The notes: generated by a model from the letters alone, not told the origin. Positions 28,192 to 42,300 are shown, counted from the stretch's first letter. The stretch: 64,000 bases of DNA from Octopus vulgaris (GCA_951406725.2 OX597827.1:41726001-41790000), one strand, 5' to 3'. Numbers and translations: made by a program.

Positions 28192-28192
<1 letters not shown>
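28003..28192 (+). mobile_element. 3' part of another SINE family with (GAT)n tail
   Basis: ggttggcgttaggaagggcatccagccgtagaaac resembles a conserved central SINE domain; ends ggacgctaag(tga)n. Confidence 0.65.
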
Positions 28193-28244
<52 letters not shown>

Positions 28245-28853
28245 TTATTCATGTATGCATCCGCCCATCCATCTATTCATCCATTCACCCATGTACACAT
28301 GCATACATACACACAGTGAAGAGGAAACGATTAATAAGCAAGTTTTTGCACATACGAAATTACGCACATAGAAACATACTTATATGTCGACAAATAGGCG
28401 TGCATATGCGTGTGTGCTTGCACACGTATGCGTTCTCATGTGTGTGCGCTTGTGCATGCGTTCGTGTGTTTGTGGGCGTGCGTGCGTGCGTGTGTGTGTG
28501 TGTGTGTGCGTAATGTTTGTAACAATGTTTGTAACTCGTGACATCTTTCTGTCTTTTGTAATGCTATTCATTTTTTGATGAGTTTATGCTGTTGTTATTA
28601 TTCAATGTTGTTGACGACGACGACGATGACGACCACGATGATGATGATAATGATGATAATGATAATGATTCTGGAAGAGATGATGGTGATGATGATGATG
28701 ATGATGATGATTATGATGATGATTCGGCTGAAAGCAAACGAAGGACATTTACGTTGCTATTGGATAGAATTATATGTCTGTATATTACTAAAATACACAC
28801 ATGCAGACACACACACACACATATATATATATGTGTGTGTGTGTATATATGTA

Positions 28854-28889
<36 letters not shown>

Positions 28890-29164
28890 CACACACATAT
28901 ATATATATGTATATACATATATAGATATACACACACACATAAATACACGCATGTATTCACTTTTAGGAGTCTGTTTATATTAATGTACATAAAATATTTG
29001 TGATCTTGCGTAAAGGCATTAAATGTATGTTTGTCCAGATACATAGATAGATATACATATATATGTACGTATATGTATATGCACATATAAATACACACAC
29101 ACACACTCACATATATATATCCATATATATACAAATATATGTATATATATATATTGTGTGTATG

Positions 29165-29590
29165 TATGTATGTATATGTCTATGCATTTATAATGTATAT
29201 TTCTTCTATCTCTTATTTGTTTTACTCTGCGACCATACTGGGGCACTGCACTGAAGGGATCTAATCGAACAAATGGACTACAATAGTTATGCTTATTTTG
29301 TTTTAAACTCTGGTATTTATTCCATATTCTCGTTTTCTGAGCTGTTGAGTTAGGGGCGTAAACAAACCGATACCGGTATGTATGTATATGTCTATGCATT
29401 TATAATGTATATTTCTTCTATCTCTTATTTGTTTTACTCTGCGACCATACTGGGGCACTGCACTGAAGGGATCTAATCGAACAAATGGACTACAATAGTT
29501 ATGCTTATTTTGTTTTAAACTCTGGTATTTATTCCATATTCTCGTTTTCTGAGCTGTTGAGTTAGGGGGGCGTAAACAAACCGATACCGG
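29165..29590. repeat. Near-identical ~213-bp tandem duplication of an old SINE B remnant
   Basis: The two units differ visibly only in a G-run length. Confidence 0.92.
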
Positions 29591-30227
29591 TTGTCAGGCG
29601 GTTGATGAGTGTGTGTGTGTGTGACAGGCGTACATATATGCATAAATGACGGGCTTCCACACAGTTTCCACGTACCAAATTCTCTCACAGTGTATTGGCC
29701 GGCCTGGGGCTATAACATAGGAAGTGAACCAAAAGCCAGGAAAGAACTGAAAGCACATTGTGACCAGCAACGAGTCTCTTCGTTACATTGTTGTAAACAC
29801 ATACATACATGCATACATACTTATACACACATACATACATACATACATACATACATACATACATACATACATACATACATACACACATACATACATACTT
29901 ACACACTCATACACATACATACATACACACACAAATATAAACTCGCACACACATACACATACATACATACTTACACACATACATACATACTTACACACAT
30001 ATACATACTTACATACACACATACATACATGCTTACACACACATAAACACATATGCATACTTACACACACACATATGCGTTAAATGAACACACAGTGACA
30101 AGCAAAAATTCTGTAAATAATGATAATATTAATTATCAGGTTTAAGTTTATAAGCGTCCACGGTGTATTGGTTAAATAAAGGAGAAAAAGTCTGGGGCAA
30201 ATATGGCCCAGTATTTACTCTTAATCA

Positions 30228-30345
30228 TTTCTGTTGCAGAGCGTAGGTTCGAAACGTAAAAGACTTTTCTATTCTTCCCGAGCGTTAAACTAATACACCT
30301 TCTTGTATTCTTATAGCTGCCTTCGCCTTTTGTTTTCTGCAAATT
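30228..30345 (+). mobile_element. Family E copy
   Basis: tttctgttgcagagcgtaggttcgaaacgtaaaagac...gagcgttaaactaataca shared with 31201-31270. Confidence 0.6.
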
Positions 30346-31036
30346 AGAAATATATGTATAGCTATTGCAACACAGAAGACACAAGTTAGCTATCATAGAG
30401 AAACGTACAAAGACCATAAACTTCATTTAAAATTTTATTTGTAATATGGTGTCAAAATTTTCGTCGTTCTGACAAAAAAATATGTCACGATTATTAACAA
30501 GGCTGTAATTAATATTCGCACTGCTTTTTAAAGATCTATTATGAATGATTTCTGGGAAATACTTATAATGAAAAAAGTACTTATAATGAAAAAAGTTCTT
30601 ATAATGACAAATGATCATTAGCACGACCATTTAAACTACAGGAAAGGTTTTACCATATTATCTTTCAGTTTATATTTTTGCGTTGATAAAAATTTAGTGG
30701 TGTTCTGATGTAAAGTATTCTGTCTTTAAAGCCACTGTCTTATAAACAGCAATTGTCATAAAAAATGGGACGTTTAAAGAATATTTCTCTTGAGAGGGAA
30801 ATGAATTCTGTGGTAAAATTTGAAATATGTGTATTAAACAGTATGTTAAGTTAGTGATTCGTCCATTACTGCCCAGTTTTACAGGCATTGTTTATTCGGA
30901 TGTTATACATTGGGCTATTTTCATGAAGACGAGCGGAAACGAGAAACACCGATTAGCGTCTCACGCAAACTCAGTTTTAAATAAATTTTATTTCTATCTC
31001 TCTCTCCCTCTCTTCCTCCGTCTATCTATATATTCC

Positions 31037-31132
<96 letters not shown>

Positions 31133-31134
<2 letters not shown>

Positions 31135-31328
31135 CAGATCGTTAGCCACTACAAACATTTTTTCTCCTTCCTTATTCTCCCCTTGTTTCTTTCTGTGTTC
31201 CTTTCTGTGGAAGAGCGTAGGCTCGAAACATAAAAGACTTTTTCAGTTCTCGAGCGTTATACTAATACATCTGATTATTGTCTACACCACCTGTCTTCGT
31301 CTTTCGTTTTTTTCGAGAATTCTCCCTA
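31133..31328 (+). mobile_element. Family E short repeat (PLE pLTR-like) with hammerhead-like variant
   Basis: CTTT-CTGTGGA-A-GAGC(gtag)GCTC-GAAACATA-AAAG at 31201-36. Homologous to 30228-30345, 50330-50492 and 63782-64000; flanked by (TA)n. Confidence 0.65.
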
Positions 31329-31357
31329 TATATATACATAGATACATAGATAGATAG

Positions 31358-31405
<48 letters not shown>

Positions 31406-31406
31406 G

Positions 31407-31441
<35 letters not shown>

Positions 31442-33329
31442 GCAAATATACACATACACATACAAATACGCATATGTATAATCAAAAACTACCAACCTAC
31501 TGGAAATAGCAGCCACAAATAACTCAAATTGCACTCTGCTAGCTTAAAGAGATAAGGAAATTTTGTGTAATGTAGAAGTGTAAACATTGCATCTGAAAAC
31601 ATGATGAGATGGTCACCATTGGAACTCCTTCGATCATATATCAGCTTGATAGGGACACAAAAAAAAAACAATAACAAGAACAAGAATAACAAGAATAACA
31701 GCAGCAGCAGCAGCAGCAGCAGCAACGGCAGCAACGTCAGTCTCTTCAATTTAGGTGGCTCTGCAACATGTATGGGTATTCTTCTTCCGTCTCCTTAATA
31801 ATAAATTAAAAAAAAAAAAACGAATACAGATAACTGCAAAATAATTCTATGCATAAACCCATCCTCTCTTTTCTTTTTTTTTTTTATTTCCTGAAAAGAT
31901 TCTGATATCAATGGAACTCCTTTCCAGTCACGTTCGTAGTTCTTTCTTTATTGGTGATGTGTTCTATTCACGAAGCAGTCTCTTTGATCCAAATTTCTCA
32001 GCAGCACAACACATGCAGCAGCTTTTGAGTTTTAGTAAGCGAGGCAGTATCGTTAGATAGACTGGCTCTGCGTGTTTACAACAAAATCTTAGGAACGACA
32101 ATCAATCAAACAGCCATTACGCATTTTGGCCTATCTGAAAACAAAACGAATCGACATTTTAATATCGCTTCCTCTTATTTTGTGACGAGTTGTATTAGCT
32201 CCGTTATTAATAAAGCATTTTTTTTTTAAAAAGGCCTCTTTACAGTGTTTGCAGTGTATCCTTAGATACATCAGTAATATCCTCCTGTCTGCTATTGTTA
32301 CAGTTTTATTCCCCAAATGTCGAATGAATACTTTATTGAATGAATGTTCTCCTCCTTTGCTTTCCTCTCCCTCCGCATCCACATCGAATCACAATAGTTC
32401 AAAGACTCCATGCAGCCAGTGCATTTCATTGGTTCTTGTGGTGTTAATATATGAATGTAAGCTTAAGCTGTGTGGTTAAGAAATTTACTTTGCAACTGCG
32501 AGGTATTTGATTCAATCTCGTATCCGACATCTATTTGGGAATGTGTCTTCAAACGTTTCTCTAGGTTAACCAAAGCCTAGCGATATTTTGATTCTGAGAA
32601 TCTGTGTCGAAATCAGTGGGTGGAAAAGTCCATCTTGGATAGTGGACTCAATTAATCATGCTGTTGAACTGAATAGGTCTTAGTCTGAAAATACCTCCTC
32701 TTTTTCCTCTCACCATTCATGGAAACCATGAAAAGGGACTCATGCGCGTTGCACTTTTTTCTTTGAAGAAGCCATTGAAAAGCTCTTTACTTTAATATCA
32801 CACGTAACTCTTTGCAACAAGCAGAAAATATCGCAAGCTAACAAAATATTTGCACTTTTTAGTGTTTCAACAGGATTTACACCAGGGAATTCTTTTACAT
32901 GTGCAACCGTCTTCATACGATCACAACTCATGAACACAAAGCTACATGAAATTAATTTCTGTCACTTTGGAAAGTTATTGTGAAGCTATATTTCGATGAT
33001 GAAGCTACTATAAAGAAGACAAGGTGAATTGAGTGACACAAACATGTTTCAGAGTCGATGACGTCTCTTTACGTTCTAAATTCAAATCTATCAGGGAGTA
33101 TATTTGTCTTTCATCCTTAAGGTATAGGTATAATAAAGAAGCATCAAGTGTTGTGTGGATGATATCGAATATTTTCTACTCCGAAATCTAGGGCTTTCTA
33201 CCATTGTTTAAAAAATCAATACTTCCATGGTGTCGTTTTACAGATATGCTGGTAAAATAACGAATTAGTATTGTTATTGACGAATTTATTTACCTTATAG
33301 AATTGTATTCATCTCATATTATGATGTAG

Positions 33330-34750
33330 TTTTAAGTTGGTCCTTCAACATATCCAGGTTAATTTTTTTTGCACTTGTCATCGCCTGGTATTCCCTTACA
33401 ATGGCACCAACCATCTAAACCTCTGTATCGTCCGACACATTTCGGTGACGTCGACTGCATATGAGGATAAGGGTCAGCTCACTGGCGTTCCTGTTCGAAA
33501 GGAATGTCTCTCAAAATCGCTAGTTTATATAACATCAGCAAGAGAGACAGTGCAAGCAGAAAAGATGATGAAAAATACCTTTGACATAACAGTTTCGATA
33601 AATGACCATTTAGTCTGGCAACTGAGCAGATGCCGCAGCACATTGAAGAATCGAGCCTCTAAAAATAGCCGTCAAGTAACAATATTCGATTCCATCAAAA
33701 ACTTTAGATTGATCCAAATTGATGAGAGCGTCACCGAAGTTAGAATTATTATCCACCCTCTGATTATCGCATCAAGTGGAGACTGTCTTGAATAGATCTA
33801 TTTAAAAGCAATGATTTTTCCAACTACCTAGTCGATGACCATTCTTATAAAGATGCCAGAAAAGAGACCATTTTGGAAAAAATCTGAAACTGTTTTCAGC
33901 AGAGCCAGTGGCGATCAATATAGTCTCTCCTTGTTGTGCATCCTTCTCTTGCAATTATTCCACTCTCAGACTCACAGAAATTGGCTTTCCCCTGTTCTGC
34001 TACCATTGAAGTAGATATATGCCAAGATAAATAAGGCTGGTATGTTAAATGCAGAGGTTATAGGTCAAGACACCCAAACGACTGATTTACCATCCATGCT
34101 TACATTTTCAGCCAATTGTACCTTACTTGCTATTATCAGCTTTTTGCAGCACAACACTTCTGCCGAGAGCGGCGACGGGCTATCGAGGCAGTCACTAAAA
34201 TTAGTTACTGTGATCGTTTCATAACTGCCGCACTTTGCCCTCAGTAACTAAGCAAACTGCACTTAGAAAACCGCGCATATTTACCTAGAAATGAGTAGAA
34301 TGCGCTTGTGCATCAGTCAAACACTGAATTGTGGATATATTTGTAAATATGTAACCGAATTCCTTACTATGTGTTCTCTCTTGGTCGACCGCGCAGATTA
34401 CAAATTTGTAGAACGTGCAGCTGACTGCTTCATGCACCGCACTCTATCTGTATCCACCGACTAAACAATTAATGGTGCATTCTGAGAATCCAATCATTAA
34501 CTGTCAGACAATTGAAACCGTGTGAACAACTTACAAGACATCTGTACCTTTAATTTTATCAATTAAATCGGCACAATCTCAACGTGCGTCTAAAATGCCT
34601 TTCCAGTCTCCTACTAGTACTAAAGAACTGCTCGTCCTCAACAATGTCTTTAGACGCCTGAAGACTTCCAGCTACTCAGAGTGAAGGCACTATCTTTTGT
34701 TGGTGTTTACATCCAGCATCGCCAAATTAATCGTCCGGGTAACATCTAGC
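33330..34750 (-). mobile_element. Highly degraded L1/Tx1-like LINE (APE + RT remnants)
   Basis: Minus-strand remnants LVLVGDWKGILDAR (~34600, APE GDFN-like), IRGWII (~33760) and SYAVDVT (~33450, YADD-like) occur in the expected order. Confidence 0.6.
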
Positions 34751-35029
34751 AATATCGAAGTCCAAACAAAATTATATATACATATCAGTATAGAATTAAT
34801 AAACGTATGCGACAATTGAAGTGAATCAGTTCAGTGTTTATTGATGTTTCTCAAGACATGTTCAACGATACAGACACATATAGGCAAAGGCACTAAATTA
34901 TAGGCAGACACTAATCTCTGCATATATATATCGATACATACATACATGCATGCATACATATGTGCATCTATGTAAACGCGCGTATGTACGTGTATACATA
35001 CATACATATATATATATATATACATATAT

Positions 35030-35084
<55 letters not shown>

Positions 35085-35090
35085 TACATA

Positions 35091-35134
<44 letters not shown>

Positions 35135-35278
35135 TATATATAAAATTTATACATATATACATATATATGTATATATGTGTGTGTGTCTATGTATGTGTTC
35201 ATGTAGAAGCATGTTTGACTCTATGTGCTTAAAAGTATATATGTATGAATATATATGCATATATATGTGTTTCGGTAT

Positions 35279-35381
<103 letters not shown>

Positions 35382-35789
35382 ATATATATAATTATATATA
35401 TATATATATATATACATACATATACACATATATATACATATATAATATATGTAAATCTCTCTATATATTATATTTAAAATACATACTTACACACACATAT
35501 ATACGCGATATATATGTATATATATATATATGCGTGTATGTAACAAATATACATCATATTCAATCACACACGCATATCATTCATACTTATATCCATCCAG
35601 CCACATACACACACGTACGCACACATACACACGCGCACATACACACGCATGTGCACACGACGTTGCACAGCGTACCGAACCATTCTATAGTTCTCTTGCT
35701 TATTTTTCTTCATTCTGTGTTTGATTGAATTCAATAAACGTCTGTGTATTAATTAGGTGCAATTCATTTATTCACCCACGTCCACAACA

Positions 35790-35935
35790 CATTCATCATC
35801 ATCATCATCATCATCATTATCATCCTAAACACAATCCTCCTCCTCCTCATCATCATCATCCTCATCGCCACCATCACCACCATCAACATCATCATCATAA
35901 ACACAATCATCATCGTCATTATCATCATCATCACC

Positions 35936-35967
<32 letters not shown>

Positions 35968-36153
35968 AAACACATTCACCACCGCCATCACCACCACCAC
36001 CACCTCCACCACCATCATCATCAACATTATAATCATAAACACAATCATCATCATCACCACCACCACCACCACCACCACCACCACCACCATCATCATCATC
36101 ATCGTCATCATAAACACAATCACCACCACCACCACCTCTACCACCACCACAAC

Positions 36154-36191
<38 letters not shown>

Positions 36192-36312
36192 CCACCACCA
36201 CCACCACCACAATCACCACCACCACCACCACCACCCTCATCATCATCATTATCATCGTCGCCCTCGTCCTCCTCGTCCTCTTCCTCCTCCTCCTCCTCAT
36301 CATCATCATCAC
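35790..36312. repeat. (CAT/CAC)n trinucleotide array
   Basis: Direct; recurring cataaacacaat sub-unit. Confidence 0.95.
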
Positions 36313-36524
36313 TGTCATCTTACACACACTCATACCTACATATATATTCATTCACGCACGCACGTTTGTGTGTGTGTGTGTGTGTATGTATGAGTGTATG
36401 TACGTAAGTACGTGCGCTATTCAGTCTCTTAGTTTGCTTCTGCTTCTGCCATTACGGATATATGTGCATGTGTTTATGTATGTGCGTTAAGTCAAACGAA
36501 AACGCTATCAGAAACAACCACTCA

Positions 36525-36562
<38 letters not shown>

Positions 36563-36839
36563 ACGCACACACACATACCCGCACCTCCCCCACGCCTCAC
36601 GCACGCATATATTGAACTGTGGGACATACCCCTTCATCAGCTGTTGACCAGAGATCATACCGATTCTGGTACTTTCCATAATATCGATTTCTCTAGCTTT
36701 TGCAGAGTGGTATCGATGCTATCAGCTCCCAGTTTGGGTTACTCTATCACATATCTCTGCTATTTTTAAGATATAGCGTCCTCTGCTTCAATCTACCTTC
36801 ATCAATCTCTACTCTGATCTCTCTCCTACTGCAATGTCT

Positions 36840-36990
36840 CTCAAATTTTTTTTTCGCCCAGTCACTGTAGGTCATAATGTCGGGTCGTTGCTTCGTTATT
36901 TCAATACAACTTGGGAGCGCAGTTATTCCCTTCGAAACCGCCTGCACTTCCCAGCCATTATTAGAATGACTCAGCAATACCTTTTTTTTT
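36840..36990 (-). mobile_element. RLE-type (HERO/NeSL-like) non-LTR endonuclease fragment
   Basis: GWEVQ...LPSCIEITKQRPDIMTYS..AKK resembles the T..RPDI motif of restriction-like endonucleases. Confidence 0.55.
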
Positions 36991-37689
36991 TCGTCGATGT
37001 TCTTACGTTAACCTTTCTTTTCTTTTTCCCAGTGGAAAATAATGCGGGGCAGAGTTTTCTTTTCAGTCTTATCACATCAATAGCACTGCGTTGCTGTTTT
37101 TATGTACTACAAAATATGTTCAACACTTGATTATGCTAATAAGATTACAATGTCAGTGATTACTTGCTTCCTTTAAGAATACCGGCGGCAACCAATGCAG
37201 ACATTCGATAACGATGAAAATTAGCAGTGTCTCCAGTTTTACCGTTTAAAATTGGAAATTTGTAGCAGTGCATCATGCACCGACTTCGAATTTTGCTTTG
37301 AGTATGTGTTAAAAGTAGTGTTATATAGTGATGATGGCTGTACGGTAATTCTTTCCACTATTGACGTAGGGTCTGAAACTTTGGGTGAGAGGACTAAACT
37401 ATTACATCGACCTCAATGTTCAACTGGTATTATTTTAAAGGTTGTGAAATGATGAATAGTCATCATTTCTCGGCCGGTAAAATAATGCCAGTCGGAATTT
37501 GGAATTTGGAATTTTGATATTTGCACTCAGAAAGAAAAGCAAAAAGAAATGTGATAACAATTCTACCAGCTTTCCGCCTTGGTTTTGTACAATAAACATC
37601 AAAAAGTGAATAAGATTAGGAAAAAACATAATAAGCAAATTTCAGTAGTTCGGCTTCAATATTAAAGTACCAGTAATATAATTATAGAT

Positions 37690-37920
37690 TTCAAATTTTG
37701 TTTCAAAGTTAGCAGTTTTATTTTTTGGTGTGAGGAGGAGTTAAGTCGAACACATCGACCCCATTGATCAACTGATACTTATTTTTTCAACCCTTATTTT
37801 TTTCGGAAGGATAAAAGACAAAGTCGATCTCGGCAGAATTTGAACCCCGAACATGCAGACGGACGAAATGCCGCTAAGCATTTCGTCCGGCGTGCTGACT
37901 ATTTTACCAGTTCGCTGCCT
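37690..37920 (-). mobile_element. SINE family A (further copies ~37330-37580, 40615-40780, 44270-44450, 45880-46030, 50870-51080)
   Basis: Reverse complement of the 2331-2540 consensus. Confidence 0.8.
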
Positions 37921-38567
37921 TAGTTTAGGCACAATAATAAGCAACAAAAAGTGAATAGGATTAAGAAAATACACAACAGGTATATTTCAGTAGTTCGGCT
38001 TCAATATTAGAGTACTAGTAATATAATTATAGCCGACACTTTAAACGTCATATTAGACTTACAGGTAGATAGATATCAACCGTACTGAAAATGCAATAAG
38101 AACTTTATGTACACCGAGAAGGAATACAAACAACTTTCCATTATATTCCGGAATTTAATTAGTAAAAGAAAATCTAGGCAATCTTTTACAAAGCTCGTAC
38201 TTATCATGACGCGTAAAAGAAAAGCCAATACAAAGATAAGATCAGTTTCTCATCTAAGGAAGAGAAATGCTTGCAAATGTGTAAAAAATACAACAACGGA
38301 AAATGGTATCTGTTTATCACACAGAATATATGCACATCGTTAGAAGGCATATGATATTGGGGAATTATCTGAGATAAAAATCTCTTCATACACTTGTTGT
38401 GTTAAAAGCATAACACATATCGGATCGAGACGAATATCACTGCTGCATTGAGTCACGAGAACGACTGAAGTGTTTCATTTTTGTCTTTTTGAAACCTGTG
38501 AATGCCACGCATTGTCTCGAGTCTCCTTATGTAGGAAACAGTAAATATTTGCTTACGCTCATACTTG

Positions 38568-38825
38568 CAGGGTGCGTCAGCCTTTTGAGAACAAAAAATT
38601 TAAGAACCATGAGTGGCCCATACTTTAACTAAATATACACTCTTTCCTTTCAGCCTTAACATGGAAGATCCGAATCTAATGCGGACGATAAATAGGCATG
38701 GCGTTCTTGTTGTCTTGGCTGCCAAACACTGAAACCAGTGTTTCTGAGATCGCAGCCAGCGCCTTCTTGTTTAAGATAAGAAAAGAGTTCCGAGCCTCTG
38801 GTGAAAAAGTGATTTTCGTGGCACA
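38568..38825 (+). mobile_element. Possible degraded 5' end of a mariner/Tc1-like element
   Basis: Starts CAGGGTG; remnant ...FLFKIRKEFRASG resembles an HTH N-terminus. No second TIR found. Confidence 0.3.
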
Positions 38826-39095
38826 TATATATAGGCGTGACTATATGGATAGGCGCATGGTTCCAGGTTCAGTCCCATTGCATAGACCCTTGGGCAACTG
38901 TTTTCTACTATAGTCTCACGCCGACTAAAGCCACGTGATTGGAAATGGAAGACTGAATTTAAAGAAAGCCGTCGTGTATATATATATATATAATTATTTG
39001 AGGGAATATTAATCCTAACTTACAGGGAAAAAAATTCAATTTAGAAATACTAAATCAAATTTCACTCAATATAATACATATACATATAAGAATTT

Positions 39096-39402
39096 GAAAA
39101 AAACCCACCTTTTATCAATTCAAAATGAACAATTAAATTACACCATCTAGAAAATTACATATAATAAAAATATTAAAATTAAAATAACAATAAAATACCA
39201 ATGATTAAGTAAATTGCCAAAAAATAATAAAAACGTATATAATTGGTAGAATAACAATTATATACGTTTTTATTATTTTTTTGCAGTTTACTTAATAATT
39301 GGTATTTTATTGTTATTTTAATTTTAATATTTTTATTATATGTAATTTTCTAGATAGTGTAATTTAATTGTTCATTTTGAATTGATAACAGGTGTTTTTT
39401 TC
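39096..39402. repeat. Long near-perfect AT-rich palindrome (~150-bp arms, 9-nt loop)
   Basis: 39096-39245 is the reverse complement of 39255-39402 with only a few mismatches. Confidence 0.93.
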
Positions 39403-39503
39403 TAATTTTTAGGAGTTACTAAATCATACATGTTGGAGAAAGATGTAAAACGAACCTACTAGTAATTCTTCAGAAAAAATATGAAATAAACTAAATAATA
39501 ATA

Positions 39504-39579
<76 letters not shown>

Positions 39580-39598
39580 TAATAATAATAGTAATAAT

Positions 39599-39889
39599 CT
39601 ACCTAGCTCAGACACCAGGAAATCCCAAAATGGCAGAAATTCAAAAGATAGTACTCATGGGAACTACTCATATCCTACGCAAAATACTTTCTATGTAATC
39701 TCAAATTTTAAAACAAACTCATAATTTTCTTATGTTTTCTTAAACATTCTGTAGAACAACACTATGTACAAAACCAAATATATGACACCCATGCATAACA
39801 CCAACATGGACTTCTAACTTGTTGTCTCTTGAGGTCTCTGGGTGAGATTTGGAGCCAACTCGTACAAATACAAAGCAAAGGTCAAACAG
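39599..39889 (+). mobile_element. 5'-truncated R4/Dong-like element (ORF C-terminus + 3'UTR) in (AAT)n
   Basis: Translates YLAQTPGNPKMAEIQKIVLMGTTHILRKILSM* (stop 39696-98); (AAT)n on both sides. Confidence 0.8.
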
Positions 39890-39904
39890 ATAATAATAAT
39901 AATG

Positions 39905-39971
<67 letters not shown>

Positions 39972-39985
39972 TGATAATAATAATG

Positions 39986-40077
<92 letters not shown>

Positions 40078-40079
40078 AA

Positions 40080-40366
40080 CCGAAAAATATATGAGAATGA
40101 TCCCTGGCTTACCATCCCTGCAAGAAGTGCAAAAGATTGTCTTAACTGGTACATCACACGTATTGAGAAGAGCATTGTCGATGTGAGAACTGTTGCTGCT
40201 CATGTATTTTAATTTAACTTTAAAAAAAAAAAAAAAAAAAAGATGAACGAACTACTGAGTTTGGTTTAATGGCCTACCAATATACACTATGAGTTTCTTT
40301 GCCCTAGGAGTCGGGAAGACACTCGGCAAGAAATGGAAGAAAATTTGAAAGAAGAAGAAAAAAGTT
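40080..40366 (+). mobile_element. Second 5'-truncated R4/Dong-like element
   Basis: IPGLPSLQEVQKIVLTGTSHVLRRALSM* followed by a 3'UTR that runs into (AAT)n. Confidence 0.8.
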
Positions 40367-40390
40367 ATAATAATAATAATAATAATAATA

Positions 40391-40449
<59 letters not shown>

Positions 40450-40467
40450 AATGACAATAACAATAAC

Positions 40468-40527
<60 letters not shown>

Positions 40528-40530
<3 letters not shown>

Positions 40531-40605
40531 CTTCTCTGTCCTAGGAGTACAGAAAACACTCGGCAAGAAATGGAAGAAAATTTGAAGAAAGAAGGAAGAA
40601 AAAAA
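40528..40605 (+). mobile_element. 3'UTR-only copy of the element at 40080-40366
   Basis: Shares CCTAGGAGT...ACACTCGGCAAGAAATGGAAGAAAATTTGAA with 40300-40350; AAT repeats on both sides. Confidence 0.72.
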
Positions 40606-40965
40606 AATAATAATACTTTCTACTGTAGGCACTAGGTCTGAAATTTTTGGGGAGGTGTTACGTCGATTACATCGACCCCAGTACTCAACTGATACTTAAT
40701 TTATCGAACTCGAAAGGATGAACGGCAAAACCAACCGCAGCGGAATTTGAATGTAGCAGCAGACGAAATACTGATGAGCATATATACATACACACATTCA
40801 TACACCCCCCCCACACACACATATATATACTCACGTCCGTTTATAGATTTCTAGTTTATTGATAACCTTGTTACAATGAGGTCATCTATGCATATATCTA
40901 CCTACCTACCTACCTACCTACCTACCTACCTACCTACCAACCTATCTATCTACGTGCAAACCTGC

Positions 40966-41030
<65 letters not shown>

Positions 41031-41309
41031 ACATTATTCAGAGCCTGTATCAGGTATACATTCACCCACCTGAACAAATGCATATACGCAAGACAGAGTA
41101 GTGACGTAACTATTCGTAGGACGACATCCACACATACATACATTTATAAATGTATACATGCAAACATATATATATATATATACACATACATACATACTTA
41201 CATACATGCATATAAATATACATACACATAAAACAACATGCTTAAGTGCTTAAGCACGCCTACGCACTTTTAACTGTGCATAGATACAAAGGCATAAACA
41301 CACACACAA

Positions 41310-41364
<55 letters not shown>

Positions 41365-41587
41365 AGTGTGTGTGTATGTATGTATGTATGTTTCCGTGTG
41401 TGTGTGTAGGTGCATCTGTGTATGAGTGTGCATGCCTGTACGTATAGTTATACGCTTGTGTCCAAAAGACACAGAAATACCTTTTACTATAATGCAACTG
41501 ATGTCGAGGTTAAAATGGAAATGTATTTATTGATCGTGATGCGTCTGTCAATTACACGTGCTCTATCTCTTTCCCAGTCACCTCACC

Positions 41588-41651
<64 letters not shown>

Positions 41652-41975
41652 CACACACACACATATATGTATGGATGTATGTATCTATACACACACACGT
41701 TCATATGTACGAACATATATGCATATGTATATGGGTTTTTATATATACTGACAGTACACATGCGTATACATATACATGTACATATGTTTCAAACGGCAAA
41801 TGATATAGTAATCCATTTCCATCGCCATATGTAGATTAACCAATCATTTCTAACAATATGCCTGTGCATATATCCATTTCTTTACGCACACATAAATATA
41901 ATTATATGTATATGTATATACATACATACATACATACATACATACATACATACATACATACATACATACATACAT

Positions 41976-42044
<69 letters not shown>

Positions 42045-42242
42045 TATATAGGTATATAGGTATATATGTATATATATACATATTTGTGTGTGTGTGTATA
42101 TATGTATATATATATCTATATATGTATATTTGTACGCGTATATATTTCTGTAAATATTATATATGTATACATACATATGCATATATATATATATGTATAT
42201 ATATACAGAAATAGAGAGAGAGAGAGAGAGAGAGAGATACGC

Positions 42243-42300
<58 letters not shown>

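Noticed and set aside
33337-33795. 152-aa + strand ORF
   Set aside because: Antisense to the degraded L1/Tx1-like RT remnant; no recognisable domain.
35725-36393. 222-aa poly-His ORF
   Set aside because: A (CAT/CAC)n array open on both strands, with no ATG context or splice evidence, and running into (CA)/(TG) repeats.
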